From a virus (Duplodnaviria > Caudoviricetes), in the IMG/VR virus record IMGVR_UViG_3300035512_000144, positions 9,940 through 73,939 of that record: a stretch of 64,000 nucleotides of DNA; one strand, given 5' to 3'. The translations under genes and the position numbers were made by a program. The notes under the pieces are model-generated. The model was not told the origin of the DNA. It ran no database searches and was given only the letters and a program-made list of their open reading frames with translations. This document shows, piece by piece, positions 10,323 through 18,049 of the stretch; the stretch's first letter is position 1, and each line of letters begins with the position of its first letter.

Positions 10323-10662
10323 TCTGATTTTCTCCTATCTGATATTTATTCATATCTAAATATGCTTCACGAGCATTTCTGTATAAGTCACCACGTTCCT
10401 GCTTAATGAATTGCAGAATCAACATATCCGATTCCCATACAGAATTATTGGGATTTTTGTTGTCACAATACTCCATCAACTTTTCATCCAATTTTGTTAT
10501 GTCTATTCTGACCGAACCGCTTATTCTGTATAAAGCCCCTGCATCATTTGCCAGTTCTGATATAACCTTTTTGGACAACTTATATCTGATTTCGCAATCA
10601 TCAAGTGTCGCAAATTTTACTATGCTATTGTCTTTTGGCTTAAATCTTCGTTTTGCTTTCAT
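10309..10662 (-). CDS. Small DNA-binding (excisionase/HTH-like) protein
   Basis: RYKLSKKVISELANDAGALYRISGSVRID resembles Xis-like wHTH; start moved to MKAKRR (RBS AAGGA) because the longer ORF runs through the repeat array. Confidence 0.55.
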   Translation of the reverse strand: MKAKRRFKPKDNSIVKFATLDDCEIRYKLSKKVISELANDAGALYRISGSVRIDITKLDEKLMEYCDNKNPNNSVWESDMLILQFIKQERGDLYRNAREAYLDMNKYQIGENQNDRQ

Positions 10663-10700
10663 GTCAAACATCCTTAATATTGGTGTGCTTGTGTCGGCGC

Positions 10701-10995
10701 TTTCGATTACCTTGATAATCCGTATGGGTATCGTACAATGGTGGAATGAAGATTGCAGACATTGTCGCTCGATATCCTTTATAAATCTTAATGGTCTCAT
10801 ACACACAGAAAAACCACTATGCACCTACTTCGATACCCTTATCATTTCGTATAGGTGTCTACCTCTGTATGGTATCTGGCACAATGCAAATACCGTTCGA
10901 TACCCTTGTGAAATCGTATGGGTCTCATCCACTTTTGTTTTGAACAATACAATATTCTAGTTCGATACCCTTGTGAAATCGTATGGGTCTCATCC
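10701..10995 (-). CRISPR. Degenerate CRISPR-like mini-array 1: five 36-bp repeats, four spacers
   Basis: Repeats at 10701, 10767, 10828, 10895, 10960. The last two are identical (GTTCGATACCCTTGTGAAATCGTATGGGTCTCATCC, + strand); the others are 26-27/36 identical. Spacers are 30, 25, 31 and 29 bp. Confidence 0.85.
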
Positions 10996-11135
10996 CTCAA
11001 GAAACATCTGTTCTGTTTTTATACCCTTACTTAACAAGGTATATGCGTAGACGGTTTCTATCAGCCATATAGACTAATCACTAGACGTTTTCCGCATAAG
11101 TTTTGAGTTTTACCTCTTAGGACAATCGTTTGCCC
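10996..11135 (-). ncRNA. Putative tracr/omega-like scaffold RNA, copy 1
   Basis: Non-coding, between effector stop and first repeat; blockwise homologous to 12736-12872; 5' hairpin GGGCAA-ACGA-TTGTCC; contains ATACCTTGT complementary to repeat ACAAGGGTAT. Confidence 0.65.
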
Positions 11136-11145
11136 TTCTTCAATT

Positions 11146-12525
11146 TTATTTCAGCGCAAGATACATCTCTCTTGCGTATCTCTGCCTATAATCATTTTCC
11201 GACCTGTCGATATCTTTTATTTTCAGCTTTACCACAGTACCGCTATCAGCAGATGCTAACTTTGTTTCTATCAGCGTTACCAACATAGCAGGAGCATTAT
11301 GACCGACTGAATATCCTGCTTTGCTTTTCTTTTCATTTTCATTCTCAGTCTCTTTCTTCCGCATTGCCGCCGCTTGAAAGGGATAATCGTTGACCATAAT
11401 CATATTTCCATGAGACAAAATCTCATTTGCGATCGCGATTCTTTCCAGTTTTCGATTTTCGGCTTGTACCCGGTGCAAATCTCGCAACTCTGCAACCGCC
11501 TTGTGATATCCGTTTGAAAAATTCCATTTCAGCCGATAACGATTACCGTCAAAATAAATGCCTTTCTTACAAGTGCCATCCTCGTTGAAATTTTCGGGAT
11601 TCATAGCGCGTCTTGAATTGTCAAGGTACTGTTGTAAGGCTTTTATTTTCGTGTCATAGTAAATGTCTGTATCTGTATCTTCAAGGCTTATATCCGTAAA
11701 GGTTTCACCGTCTGACGTGTAGACCACATGAGACGTATCAATATACATTCCAACCTTGCCTTTATTGATAGGATTCTTTTCGTTGCCGTCCTTGTCATAC
11801 TTGGTGACAGGTGCTTTATCAATCGTTATCTGAACGTACCATTTCAATGTTCCACGGACTTCTTTATTGATAATGCGCACCTGTTTATATGATTCCAAAT
11901 CAAGCATTTCCAGTTTGTAATAGTCTTTCGGGTCTAACTTCAACGGCATTTTGATTGTCTTGCCATGTGCCGTACTGTAAACGCAATACAGTTTCCTGCC
12001 GTTTGCGTTCCCTCTGACCTTTTCCCAATCATCATCAACAATGCGTATTCCGCTTTTACCCTGTGAAACCATGGAATACCATTCGCCTTTACGCTTAAAC
12101 TTTATCTGTCTGCCACTTCCGAAAAAGTAATCATCAAATGCCGCCCACATAGCAGGTGCAATCGTGTTTCCTGCGACCTCACTCGGAATATTCATATTGA
12201 AATGTTTATAGAAACTCGTTGTGTCTCCGACAAATCCCATCTTGGAAAATCTGTACTCTTTCATAAGGTCATTCTTCGTCTGACACGCCGCCTTGAAATC
12301 AGCGTCTTTCTTTCTCTCCGCAGGCTCCATGTTTTTGTACGCATTAGCGATAACTTCCTTCGCTTGCTTGTATTCGGGTCTACGTTCCATTTCCCTAAGT
12401 TTCTTCAACTCATATCCCAACATGGAATTGTAAATTTGTCGGCAAATCTCAAACCGCTTTACAAGTGCGTCTGACTGCCATTTCTCTGTTTTTAGTGGGA
12501 TTGTGACTACACTCATTGCTCCCAT
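11146..12525 (-). CDS. TnpB/Cas12f-like RNA-guided protein, probably nuclease-dead
   Basis: TnpB-like N-terminus (RQIYNSML), WED strand KWYVQITID, RuvC-I position VGMYIDT, bridge helix LDNSRRAMNP, RuvC-II position MVNDY, APAMLVTLIETKL; C-terminal Zn finger/RuvC-III absent. Confidence 0.8.
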   Translation of the reverse strand: MGAMSVVTIPLKTEKWQSDALVKRFEICRQIYNSMLGYELKKLREMERRPEYKQAKEVIANAYKNMEPAERKKDADFKAACQTKNDLMKEYRFSKMGFVGDTTSFYKHFNMNIPSEVAGNTIAPAMWAAFDDYFFGSGRQIKFKRKGEWYSMVSQGKSGIRIVDDDWEKVRGNANGRKLYCVYSTAHGKTIKMPLKLDPKDYYKLEMLDLESYKQVRIINKEVRGTLKWYVQITIDKAPVTKYDKDGNEKNPINKGKVGMYIDTSHVVYTSDGETFTDISLEDTDTDIYYDTKIKALQQYLDNSRRAMNPENFNEDGTCKKGIYFDGNRYRLKWNFSNGYHKAVAELRDLHRVQAENRKLERIAIANEILSHGNMIMVNDYPFQAAAMRKKETENENEKKSKAGYSVGHNAPAMLVTLIETKLASADSGTVVKLKIKDIDRSENDYRQRYAREMYLALK

Positions 12526-12567
12526 TGTTTTCTCCTTCTTTCATTTACTATCCGAGACGTGGATGTG

Positions 12568-12735
12568 GCTCGATATCCTTACAAAATAAGATACCTCTCG
12601 TACTCCGTCTACAAGCTTATAACATAACTGATAGTTCGATACCCTTGTCAAAAGATATCTTTCTCGTACAATGGTATGCCATAAATCCGAGTGATACCGG
12701 TTCGATACACTTGTGAAAATCTATACCTCTCGCAC
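12568..12735 (-). CRISPR. Degenerate CRISPR-like mini-array 2: three 36-bp repeats, two 30-bp spacers
   Basis: Repeats at 12568, 12634, 12700 (exact 66-bp period), 23-27/36 identical to the array-1 consensus, sharing the GTTCGATACCCTT end. Confidence 0.8.
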
Positions 12736-12872
12736 CTCAAAGCACGTCTGTTCGATTTCGAGATATCCAGTTTACAAGGTGCTAGGTAGACGGCTTCTTC
12801 CATGCGTATAGCATAGACACTGACCGTTTTCCCATTGCGTTTTGCATTTCTGCTTCGGTCAATCGTTTGACC
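12736..12872 (-). ncRNA. Putative tracr/omega-like scaffold RNA, copy 2
   Basis: Homologous to 10996-11135; 5' hairpin GGTCAA-ACGA-TTGACC; directly abuts the first repeat. Confidence 0.65.
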
Positions 12873-12880
12873 GCTATAAT

Positions 12881-13204
12881 CTATTTATCCTTAATCCTCT
12901 CCAACTGCCTGCGAACCTTGTAATCTTTCGCCTGCTCGACCATGTCCTCACAGTTCAAAAGTACTTTCATTTGCGCAAGCATGACCTCTACGTCTGCGAT
13001 TTCTTCAACCATGTTGTTGAAACAAGCACTCTTTTCAAACTCGTTGGTTTTCCGAATGCCGTAAAATTCAACGACTCCGCAACCTAATTCCTTTCTCCAA
13101 AACTTGTTGACAGCCTGCGTCAGCTCCGCCATTTCTTCAATGAGCTGTCTGCTCTGCGCGTCATAGCCGTAATGCCTTGCAATATGCTCAATTGCCTTAC
13201 TCAT
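12881..13204 (-). CDS. MazG-like nucleotide pyrophosphohydrolase
   Basis: LIEEMAELTQAV ... MVEEIADVEVML. Confidence 0.8.
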   Translation of the reverse strand: MSKAIEHIARHYGYDAQSRQLIEEMAELTQAVNKFWRKELGCGVVEFYGIRKTNEFEKSACFNNMVEEIADVEVMLAQMKVLLNCEDMVEQAKDYKVRRQLERIKDK

Positions 13205-13382
13205 TATTTTTGTCACCTCTCCTGCTCTTGATGTAGTCGCAAGTGTCAAATATGCTCATTACAAGCCAATACACACAGGCAAACGCCCATGCACACTTGG
13301 CTGTCGTGCCATCTAATACCGCCACATTCATAGCACTCAAAATCGCGATTGCATAACCGCCAATAATCTTCACTACTTCCAT
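13197..13382 (-). CDS. Small membrane protein
   Basis: Two hydrophobic segments. Confidence 0.55.
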   Translation of the reverse strand: MEVVKIIGGYAIAILSAMNVAVLDGTTAKCAWAFACVYWLVMSIFDTCDYIKSRRGDKNNE

Positions 13383-13990
13383 TACCCTGTTTCCTCCAAT
13401 TCTTCCAAAATTCCTACCGACATTTCATAAGCTGTTCGCGTTTCAGACACTCCGTTGTCCAGTGCTTTCAGATACTCCCTTGACTGCATTCTCCCAAATG
13501 TTGTCAGTTGATATCCCACTGGACATTCTGATATGTACCTCGCGTTCCTGCCCCATGCGATACACGGTATATAATCACTTCTGTTGTATTTCCTCCGCAC
13601 AGCTAACAGAAAATCGCAAATTTCTCTTCCGCTAGGGGATAGTCTGTATACTGGTTGAGTTACAATGCGACCGCGCAACATTGACTGGTTTTCCAAATAC
13701 AGAACATTTACCGTCTCAATACATTGTGCGAAAATGTAAACTTTCAAATGCCTGTCTGCATCTCTCCATGTGCGTATTTCCCCAGTAACAACTACATAAT
13801 CGCCGCGCGATGCTTGCGCTCTTAACCGCTCTGATACAATCACACAGACTGTGTCAATCGCTCCGCTGCTGCGCATTGATTCAACGTAAAAGCTGTAAAA
13901 ATTCTCGCCGCGGTTCGTGTCGTACAATTCCATGCCGGATATGGTTTCACCGCCAAACACTATATGGTTGTTATCGCTCATGCCCCTCAT
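13382..13990 (-). CDS. ssb: Single-stranded DNA-binding protein (tandem OB)
   Basis: VTGEIRT, LAVRRKYNRSDYIPCIAWGRNA, FGRMQSREY, RTAYEMSV. Confidence 0.85.
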   Translation of the reverse strand: MRGMSDNNHIVFGGETISGMELYDTNRGENFYSFYVESMRSSGAIDTVCVIVSERLRAQASRGDYVVVTGEIRTWRDADRHLKVYIFAQCIETVNVLYLENQSMLRGRIVTQPVYRLSPSGREICDFLLAVRRKYNRSDYIPCIAWGRNARYISECPVGYQLTTFGRMQSREYLKALDNGVSETRTAYEMSVGILEELEETG

Positions 13991-14421
13991 TCACCTCTCC
14001 AACGATTTTTCCATCGTTAATCTCAAATGACATTCCGAGATTGTAGTGAATAACCTCTAAATCCTCCAGTGACATCTTGTTAAAATCTGTAATAATCATT
14101 TCCTTTTCTCCCTCCTAAACTTGTCTAACATCTTGGTTTTTCCAGTTTATTTGTTGATAACTTTCAAATAAAACTCTGTTTCTTCAATCAGCATCCAGTC
14201 ATTAGCTTTCAGACTGTACGCTGATAAGCATTCTTTCTGACTCCTGGTCAGTCTCTTTGTCTGTTTCATCACTTCTTACCGCTTGAAATGATTATTGCAA
14301 TGATTACCAACACAACAACCAGTAACATCACAGCGAAAATCGCCGCGGCAAATCCCGCCCAAAACGCATTCACATACACATCAATCACCTTCCTCTCTCA
14401 CAATGTCCTTTACTCCGTCAA

Positions 14422-14853
14422 TCACCCTTTCGCGTCCACGTACTGCACAAAGCATCTGCCGCCTGTCAGTTTCATCCACTCGACACATTCCTCATATGTC
14501 GGAAAATATATGTCAATGCACTTGCCGGATTCGATACTCCCGATGCCGTCACCGTCAGCATCACCTCCAAATCCAGTATCAAGACATTCAAAAATCCCTA
14601 ACAGTTCGCCGATTTCTCCGTCATTATTCGCATAGACAAGTGCCGTCATGCCTAGCTTGTCCTGTGCCACCGCGCATATGCCTTTTCTGACCGCTGTGCC
14701 TGTTGCCGTAGTCGTTCCTTGGCAATAGGCTATCGTGTGCATCTTGATTACTTCCGGCTCCTGTTCCTCCGCATATGATGTGCTGGTGCATATAATAAGA
14801 AGAAACAAGACTAATGCTCCGGCGATTTTACAAGTTAATCTATGCGTTTTCAT
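14422..14853 (-). CDS. Secreted/membrane 3D-domain (MltA-like) protein
   Basis: Signal-like N-terminus, IAYC..TTTATG, ECLDTG, CIDIY. Confidence 0.7.
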   Translation of the reverse strand: MKTHRLTCKIAGALVLFLLIICTSTSYAEEQEPEVIKMHTIAYCQGTTTATGTAVRKGICAVAQDKLGMTALVYANNDGEIGELLGIFECLDTGFGGDADGDGIGSIESGKCIDIYFPTYEECVEWMKLTGGRCFVQYVDAKG

Positions 14854-15566
14854 GTCTCGCTCCTTTGCAACAGCTTCCTAATTCCATCAACGCCCTTTTG
14901 GTAGACAAGCGTTTTAATGCTGATACATTCCTCGCCGTTCCTCTGATAGTGCTGTTCGATTACGTTAAACCAACCATTGTCAACGTACTTCTGATACGGC
15001 TGATTCCTTGTGTCAAGCACCTTGGCATTTCGCAGGAACTCAAACAAGTGGTTGCGACCATATCCTTTTATACCCAGTGCCTTTGCGACTTCCTGCATGG
15101 AAATTGCGTCCTTACTTCCGGCTACTGCGTCAAAAAATTCTGCCTTTGGATGCATTTCCTTGTTTTCAAGTGTCAGTCTTTCATTGTCCTCTACCGTTAC
15201 AAGAAGTTGTTGCAGTGCCTCCTTGTATGTCTGTGGCAAGTGGTAGCCGCCTATCTTGCGGATAGACGGTAGAACTTCGCTTGTTACCCAATGCTTAAAC
15301 TTCTTTGCATTCGGCAATTTGCTACCGAGAACCAATCCATATAGCCCCGATTCGTTTATCAGCAACGTGTTTCTGTTTTGCGTTCCGTCAAACAATGGAA
15401 CAATACGCCTGTCCTCTTCATCGGTATGCCGTTCAATATCTCGACTACCGTTTTGGTACTCCAGCTTTTCTGTTATGTCTTTGCCAATAAACCAAACGTC
15501 ATTGTCAATCGTTACTGTTCGTATTTCTCCAAACTCTTCATTACTGAATATCTGTAATTCGTGCAT
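14850..15566 (-). CDS. BRO-N / KilA-C phage antirepressor
   Basis: FSNEEFGEIRT, INESGLY, AKKFKHWVTSEVLPSIRK, PKAEFFD, TLVYQKG. Confidence 0.9.
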   Translation of the reverse strand: MHELQIFSNEEFGEIRTVTIDNDVWFIGKDITEKLEYQNGSRDIERHTDEEDRRIVPLFDGTQNRNTLLINESGLYGLVLGSKLPNAKKFKHWVTSEVLPSIRKIGGYHLPQTYKEALQQLLVTVEDNERLTLENKEMHPKAEFFDAVAGSKDAISMQEVAKALGIKGYGRNHLFEFLRNAKVLDTRNQPYQKYVDNGWFNVIEQHYQRNGEECISIKTLVYQKGVDGIRKLLQRSET

Positions 15567-15629
15567 GACCTATCTCCTTCTAAAAAATGTGATATAATCT
15601 CCATATCAAAAATGATAGGAGGTGATTTT

Positions 15630-15812
15630 TTGGCAAAATGCCCTTTAAACAATTTCAAAGAATGCTTTGGAAGTGAATGCGAATTGTATGTTACTCGTAC
15701 TGGATGCTGTTCTTTTACACTGACCGCCAAATCGTGTGAAAATCTTGAGAACATTAGCCTATGTCTCGAACATCTAAAATGTTCGCATACGCATTCGACA
15801 AATGGCACATAG
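15630..15812 (+). CDS. Small Cys-rich protein on the opposite strand
   Basis: AGGAGG RBS, TTG start, KCPL...C..SEC. Confidence 0.5.
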   Translation: MAKCPLNNFKECFGSECELYVTRTGCCSFTLTAKSCENLENISLCLEHLKCSHTHSTNGT

Positions 15813-16188
15813 TTTCGGAATATTCAGTCAAGCCGGATTTCCAACCATTACCGTTATCTTTGGCATTCCTGCTTTCCTCTGCCAATAGCTGAATCTGTTG
15901 GTAGAGGATTTTCAAAACGCTGTCTGTTTGATTCTCTTTGCTACAATCTGTGCAAACTGGTTTCTCTTCTTCTACATCATCTAACAAATCAGATTTTTTT
16001 ATTTTGAAGTAATCAGCCAGTCTCTGCATTCTCCAAACACTAGGAATACTGTTGCCGTTGCACCACATATTCAATGTTGTTTTCTCAATGCCTAAATCTC
16101 GCGCAACATCAATCTGACGCTTGCCGTTAAGCGACATATATTTGTTAAGGTTCTTTGCAAAAATCTGTTTCTGTTTATCGCCGTCCAT
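15754..16188 (-). CDS. XRE-family HTH regulator
   Basis: RQIDVARDLGIEKTTLNMWCNGNSIP. Confidence 0.85.
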   Translation of the reverse strand: MDGDKQKQIFAKNLNKYMSLNGKRQIDVARDLGIEKTTLNMWCNGNSIPSVWRMQRLADYFKIKKSDLLDDVEEEKPVCTDCSKENQTDSVLKILYQQIQLLAEESRNAKDNGNGWKSGLTEYSETMCHLSNAYANILDVRDIG

Positions 16189-16212
16189 GTTTTCACATCT
16201 CCTTTCTGCTAA

Positions 16213-16392
16213 TCAATTTAGATAAGATAATAGATAATGCACAAAGGCTACTATTTTATCTAAATACGCTAATACATTGATAAAAAATGCGACTACGGCA
16301 AGAACTAATGCCAAATTTGAAAGCCTGTTCGCCTCGTCAAGATTACGCTTGATTTGCTCGTCAACAGAAAGGTTATTGTTTTGGTTTTTCAT
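16213..16392 (-). CDS. Small single-TM protein (not in ORF track)
   Basis: MKNQNNNLSVDEQIKRNLDEANRLSNLALVLAVVAFFINVLAYLDKIVAFVHYLLSYLN. Confidence 0.5.
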   Translation of the reverse strand: MKNQNNNLSVDEQIKRNLDEANRLSNLALVLAVVAFFINVLAYLDKIVAFVHYLLSYLN

Positions 16393-16407
16393 GTCCAGTT
16401 CCTTTCT

Positions 16408-16629
16408 CTACTCAATGAAGTCTGTCACAGGTACGCCGAACACGTCAGCAATCATTCTTAACTTTTCCAGTTTCAAGTCATATTCGCCGTTCTTCCACTG
16501 TGATAATACTGCTGTCGAAATCTTACCTTCCGATTTAATTGATACTTGATAAGGGGTCATGTTGCGCTCTGCGCACAACTTTTTGAACTTTAGATAAGCA
16601 AAAGACGAATTTTCCTTAATTTCTGCCAT
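16408..16629 (-). CDS. Cro-like HTH repressor
   Basis: Short XRE HTH divergent from the CI-like gene. Confidence 0.8.
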   Translation of the reverse strand: MAEIKENSSFAYLKFKKLCAERNMTPYQVSIKSEGKISTAVLSQWKNGEYDLKLEKLRMIADVFGVPVTDFIE

Positions 16630-16648
16630 TTTTCTCCTTTCAGAAGTA

Positions 16649-16788
16649 TTGACATTAACTAAGTTTACTTATATAATCAGAGTTACCACACACCGAAAAT
16701 ATATTGACTAAGTTATGTTTCTTAATACTTCAATTTCAACTAAGATTTGTTACTCCCAAATAGTAACATACATTTCTTAGCACGTCAA
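16649..16788. promoter_or_regulatory. Lysis/lysogeny switch: convergent sigma70-type promoters with ACTAAG operator repeats
   Basis: + strand TTGACA-17-TATAAT at 16649-16677; - strand TTGACG-17-TACTAT at 16788-16760; ACTAAG recurs several times. Confidence 0.7.
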
Positions 16789-16832
16789 TACTTTTTCGCT
16801 AACTTTTGTTTGTTATTTTTGAGGGGATCTCA

Positions 16833-17189
16833 ATGGATGATATTTATGAAAGGTTTGAAGAACTGCTAAAAATGCGCGGTGTGACCACTTATCAAGTATC
16901 ACAGGCTACTGGAATAGCGACATCAACTTTTAGTAATTGGAAGAAAGGCAAGTATACGCCAAAACGACCAAAATTAAAACTAATAGCCGATTTTTTTGGG
17001 ATAAGCGTTGATTATTTTATAATGGGTCGGGAAGTTGAGGACGATTTCAAAGAAGGAAACGACCATTTAATCGCTCAAATACGGTGTGACGTAGAATTGT
17101 CTAGGGTTTTACCGAAATATTTTGAATTGTCCGAAAATAAGAAAAAACACATTATAGAATTGATTGATTATCTAAGTGAGGATTTATAA
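16833..17189 (+). CDS. CI-like XRE repressor
   Basis: TTYQVSQATGIATSTFSNWKKGKYTP; RBS GAGGGG. Confidence 0.85.
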   Translation: MDDIYERFEELLKMRGVTTYQVSQATGIATSTFSNWKKGKYTPKRPKLKLIADFFGISVDYFIMGREVEDDFKEGNDHLIAQIRCDVELSRVLPKYFELSENKKKHIIELIDYLSEDL

Positions 17190-17513
17190 ATGGTTTCTGA
17201 AAAAGATGTTCTATTTGCAATGAGTAAAAACAGAGACGAAAACAACATAGTTGATAGAATAGCTATTGAGAAAAAATTAAAATTGGATGATATGTCTCTC
17301 ATTCCGTTCTTGAAAGAATTGAACAAAAAAGGATATATCACCCAAACATTAGAAAATATAGAAATAACAGAACTAGGTCTTTCTGCGTGTAAAAAGCCTT
17401 CTCTTTTTCATAGACTTTTTAATAATTTTTCCAAATTTATGTTGAATATCATTGTCGATATTGTCGTTGCATTGATTATTGCTTTCCTCATTTATCATTT
17501 CGGATGGCAGTAA
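17190..17513 (+). CDS. wHTH-like protein with C-terminal TM helix
   Basis: Co-transcribed with the repressor; hydrophobic C-terminus. Confidence 0.6.
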   Translation: MVSEKDVLFAMSKNRDENNIVDRIAIEKKLKLDDMSLIPFLKELNKKGYITQTLENIEITELGLSACKKPSLFHRLFNNFSKFMLNIIVDIVVALIIAFLIYHFGWQ

Positions 17514-17681
17514 ACCTAATACTTTTAATACCATTATAATATTAAACACAGGAATATCTTTTCTGTTATCTCCAATAAGAAGAAGATTCAAGTCGCACAA
17601 GTCTTTATACTGCTTGTCTGTAAGGTTTATACCTACATATTTAAAGCCATTTATACTTGTATCAACGTTGTATGTTTTCAA
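17373..17681 (-). CDS. Hypothetical protein overlapping the previous gene tail-to-tail
   Basis: RBS AAGGAG and TTG start; only the N-terminal part is convincing. Confidence 0.35.
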   Translation of the reverse strand: MKTYNVDTSINGFKYVGINLTDKQYKDLCDLNLLLIGDNRKDIPVFNIIMVLKVLGLLPSEMINEESNNQCNDNIDNDIQHKFGKIIKKSMKKRRLFTRRKT

Positions 17682-18049
17682 TATCTTCTCTCCTTTATGA
17701 TGTCGCTGATTATATTATATATATATCGCAAAATCGCTTGATTGTCTATTTTTTTCACCATTTTGACAATTCCGTCACGGTAAAACTCCTTTTCTTTCAT
17801 TCCCCTTTATCTCCTTGCATCATCATAATTGAATCGGTCGTATTGGTAGCAATATTCCTCATAATCATTATAATCAAAATCGTTCATTGTCAATTCTCCT
17901 TTTCCGCGTTATAATTGAGTTCGTAGGTTTTGGGGAGCATAAGCATGAATCTGTGTGTGTGGCTTGTCGCTCCCCATCGCCGGAACTTGAATTACCGATA
18001 CTTGTAAATCGGTAATTTTATTTTATAAGGGGAAAGTGACAAAAGAAAT

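Noticed and set aside
10672-10824. N-terminal 50 codons of the 171-aa ORF in the track
   Set aside because: They run through degenerate repeats and spacers; an RBS and ATG at 10662 give a better start
11146-12525. Active IS200/IS605/IS607 transposon
   Set aside because: No tnpA, no recognisable subterminal end hairpins or insertion scar, RuvC degenerate, and flanks are arrays and scaffolds
10737-12699. Self-targeting of spacers within this window
   Set aside because: Only ~9-bp matches were seen by eye (e.g. AATATTCTA near 57465, TCTACAAGC near 36947), which is expected by chance; a proper search is still needed
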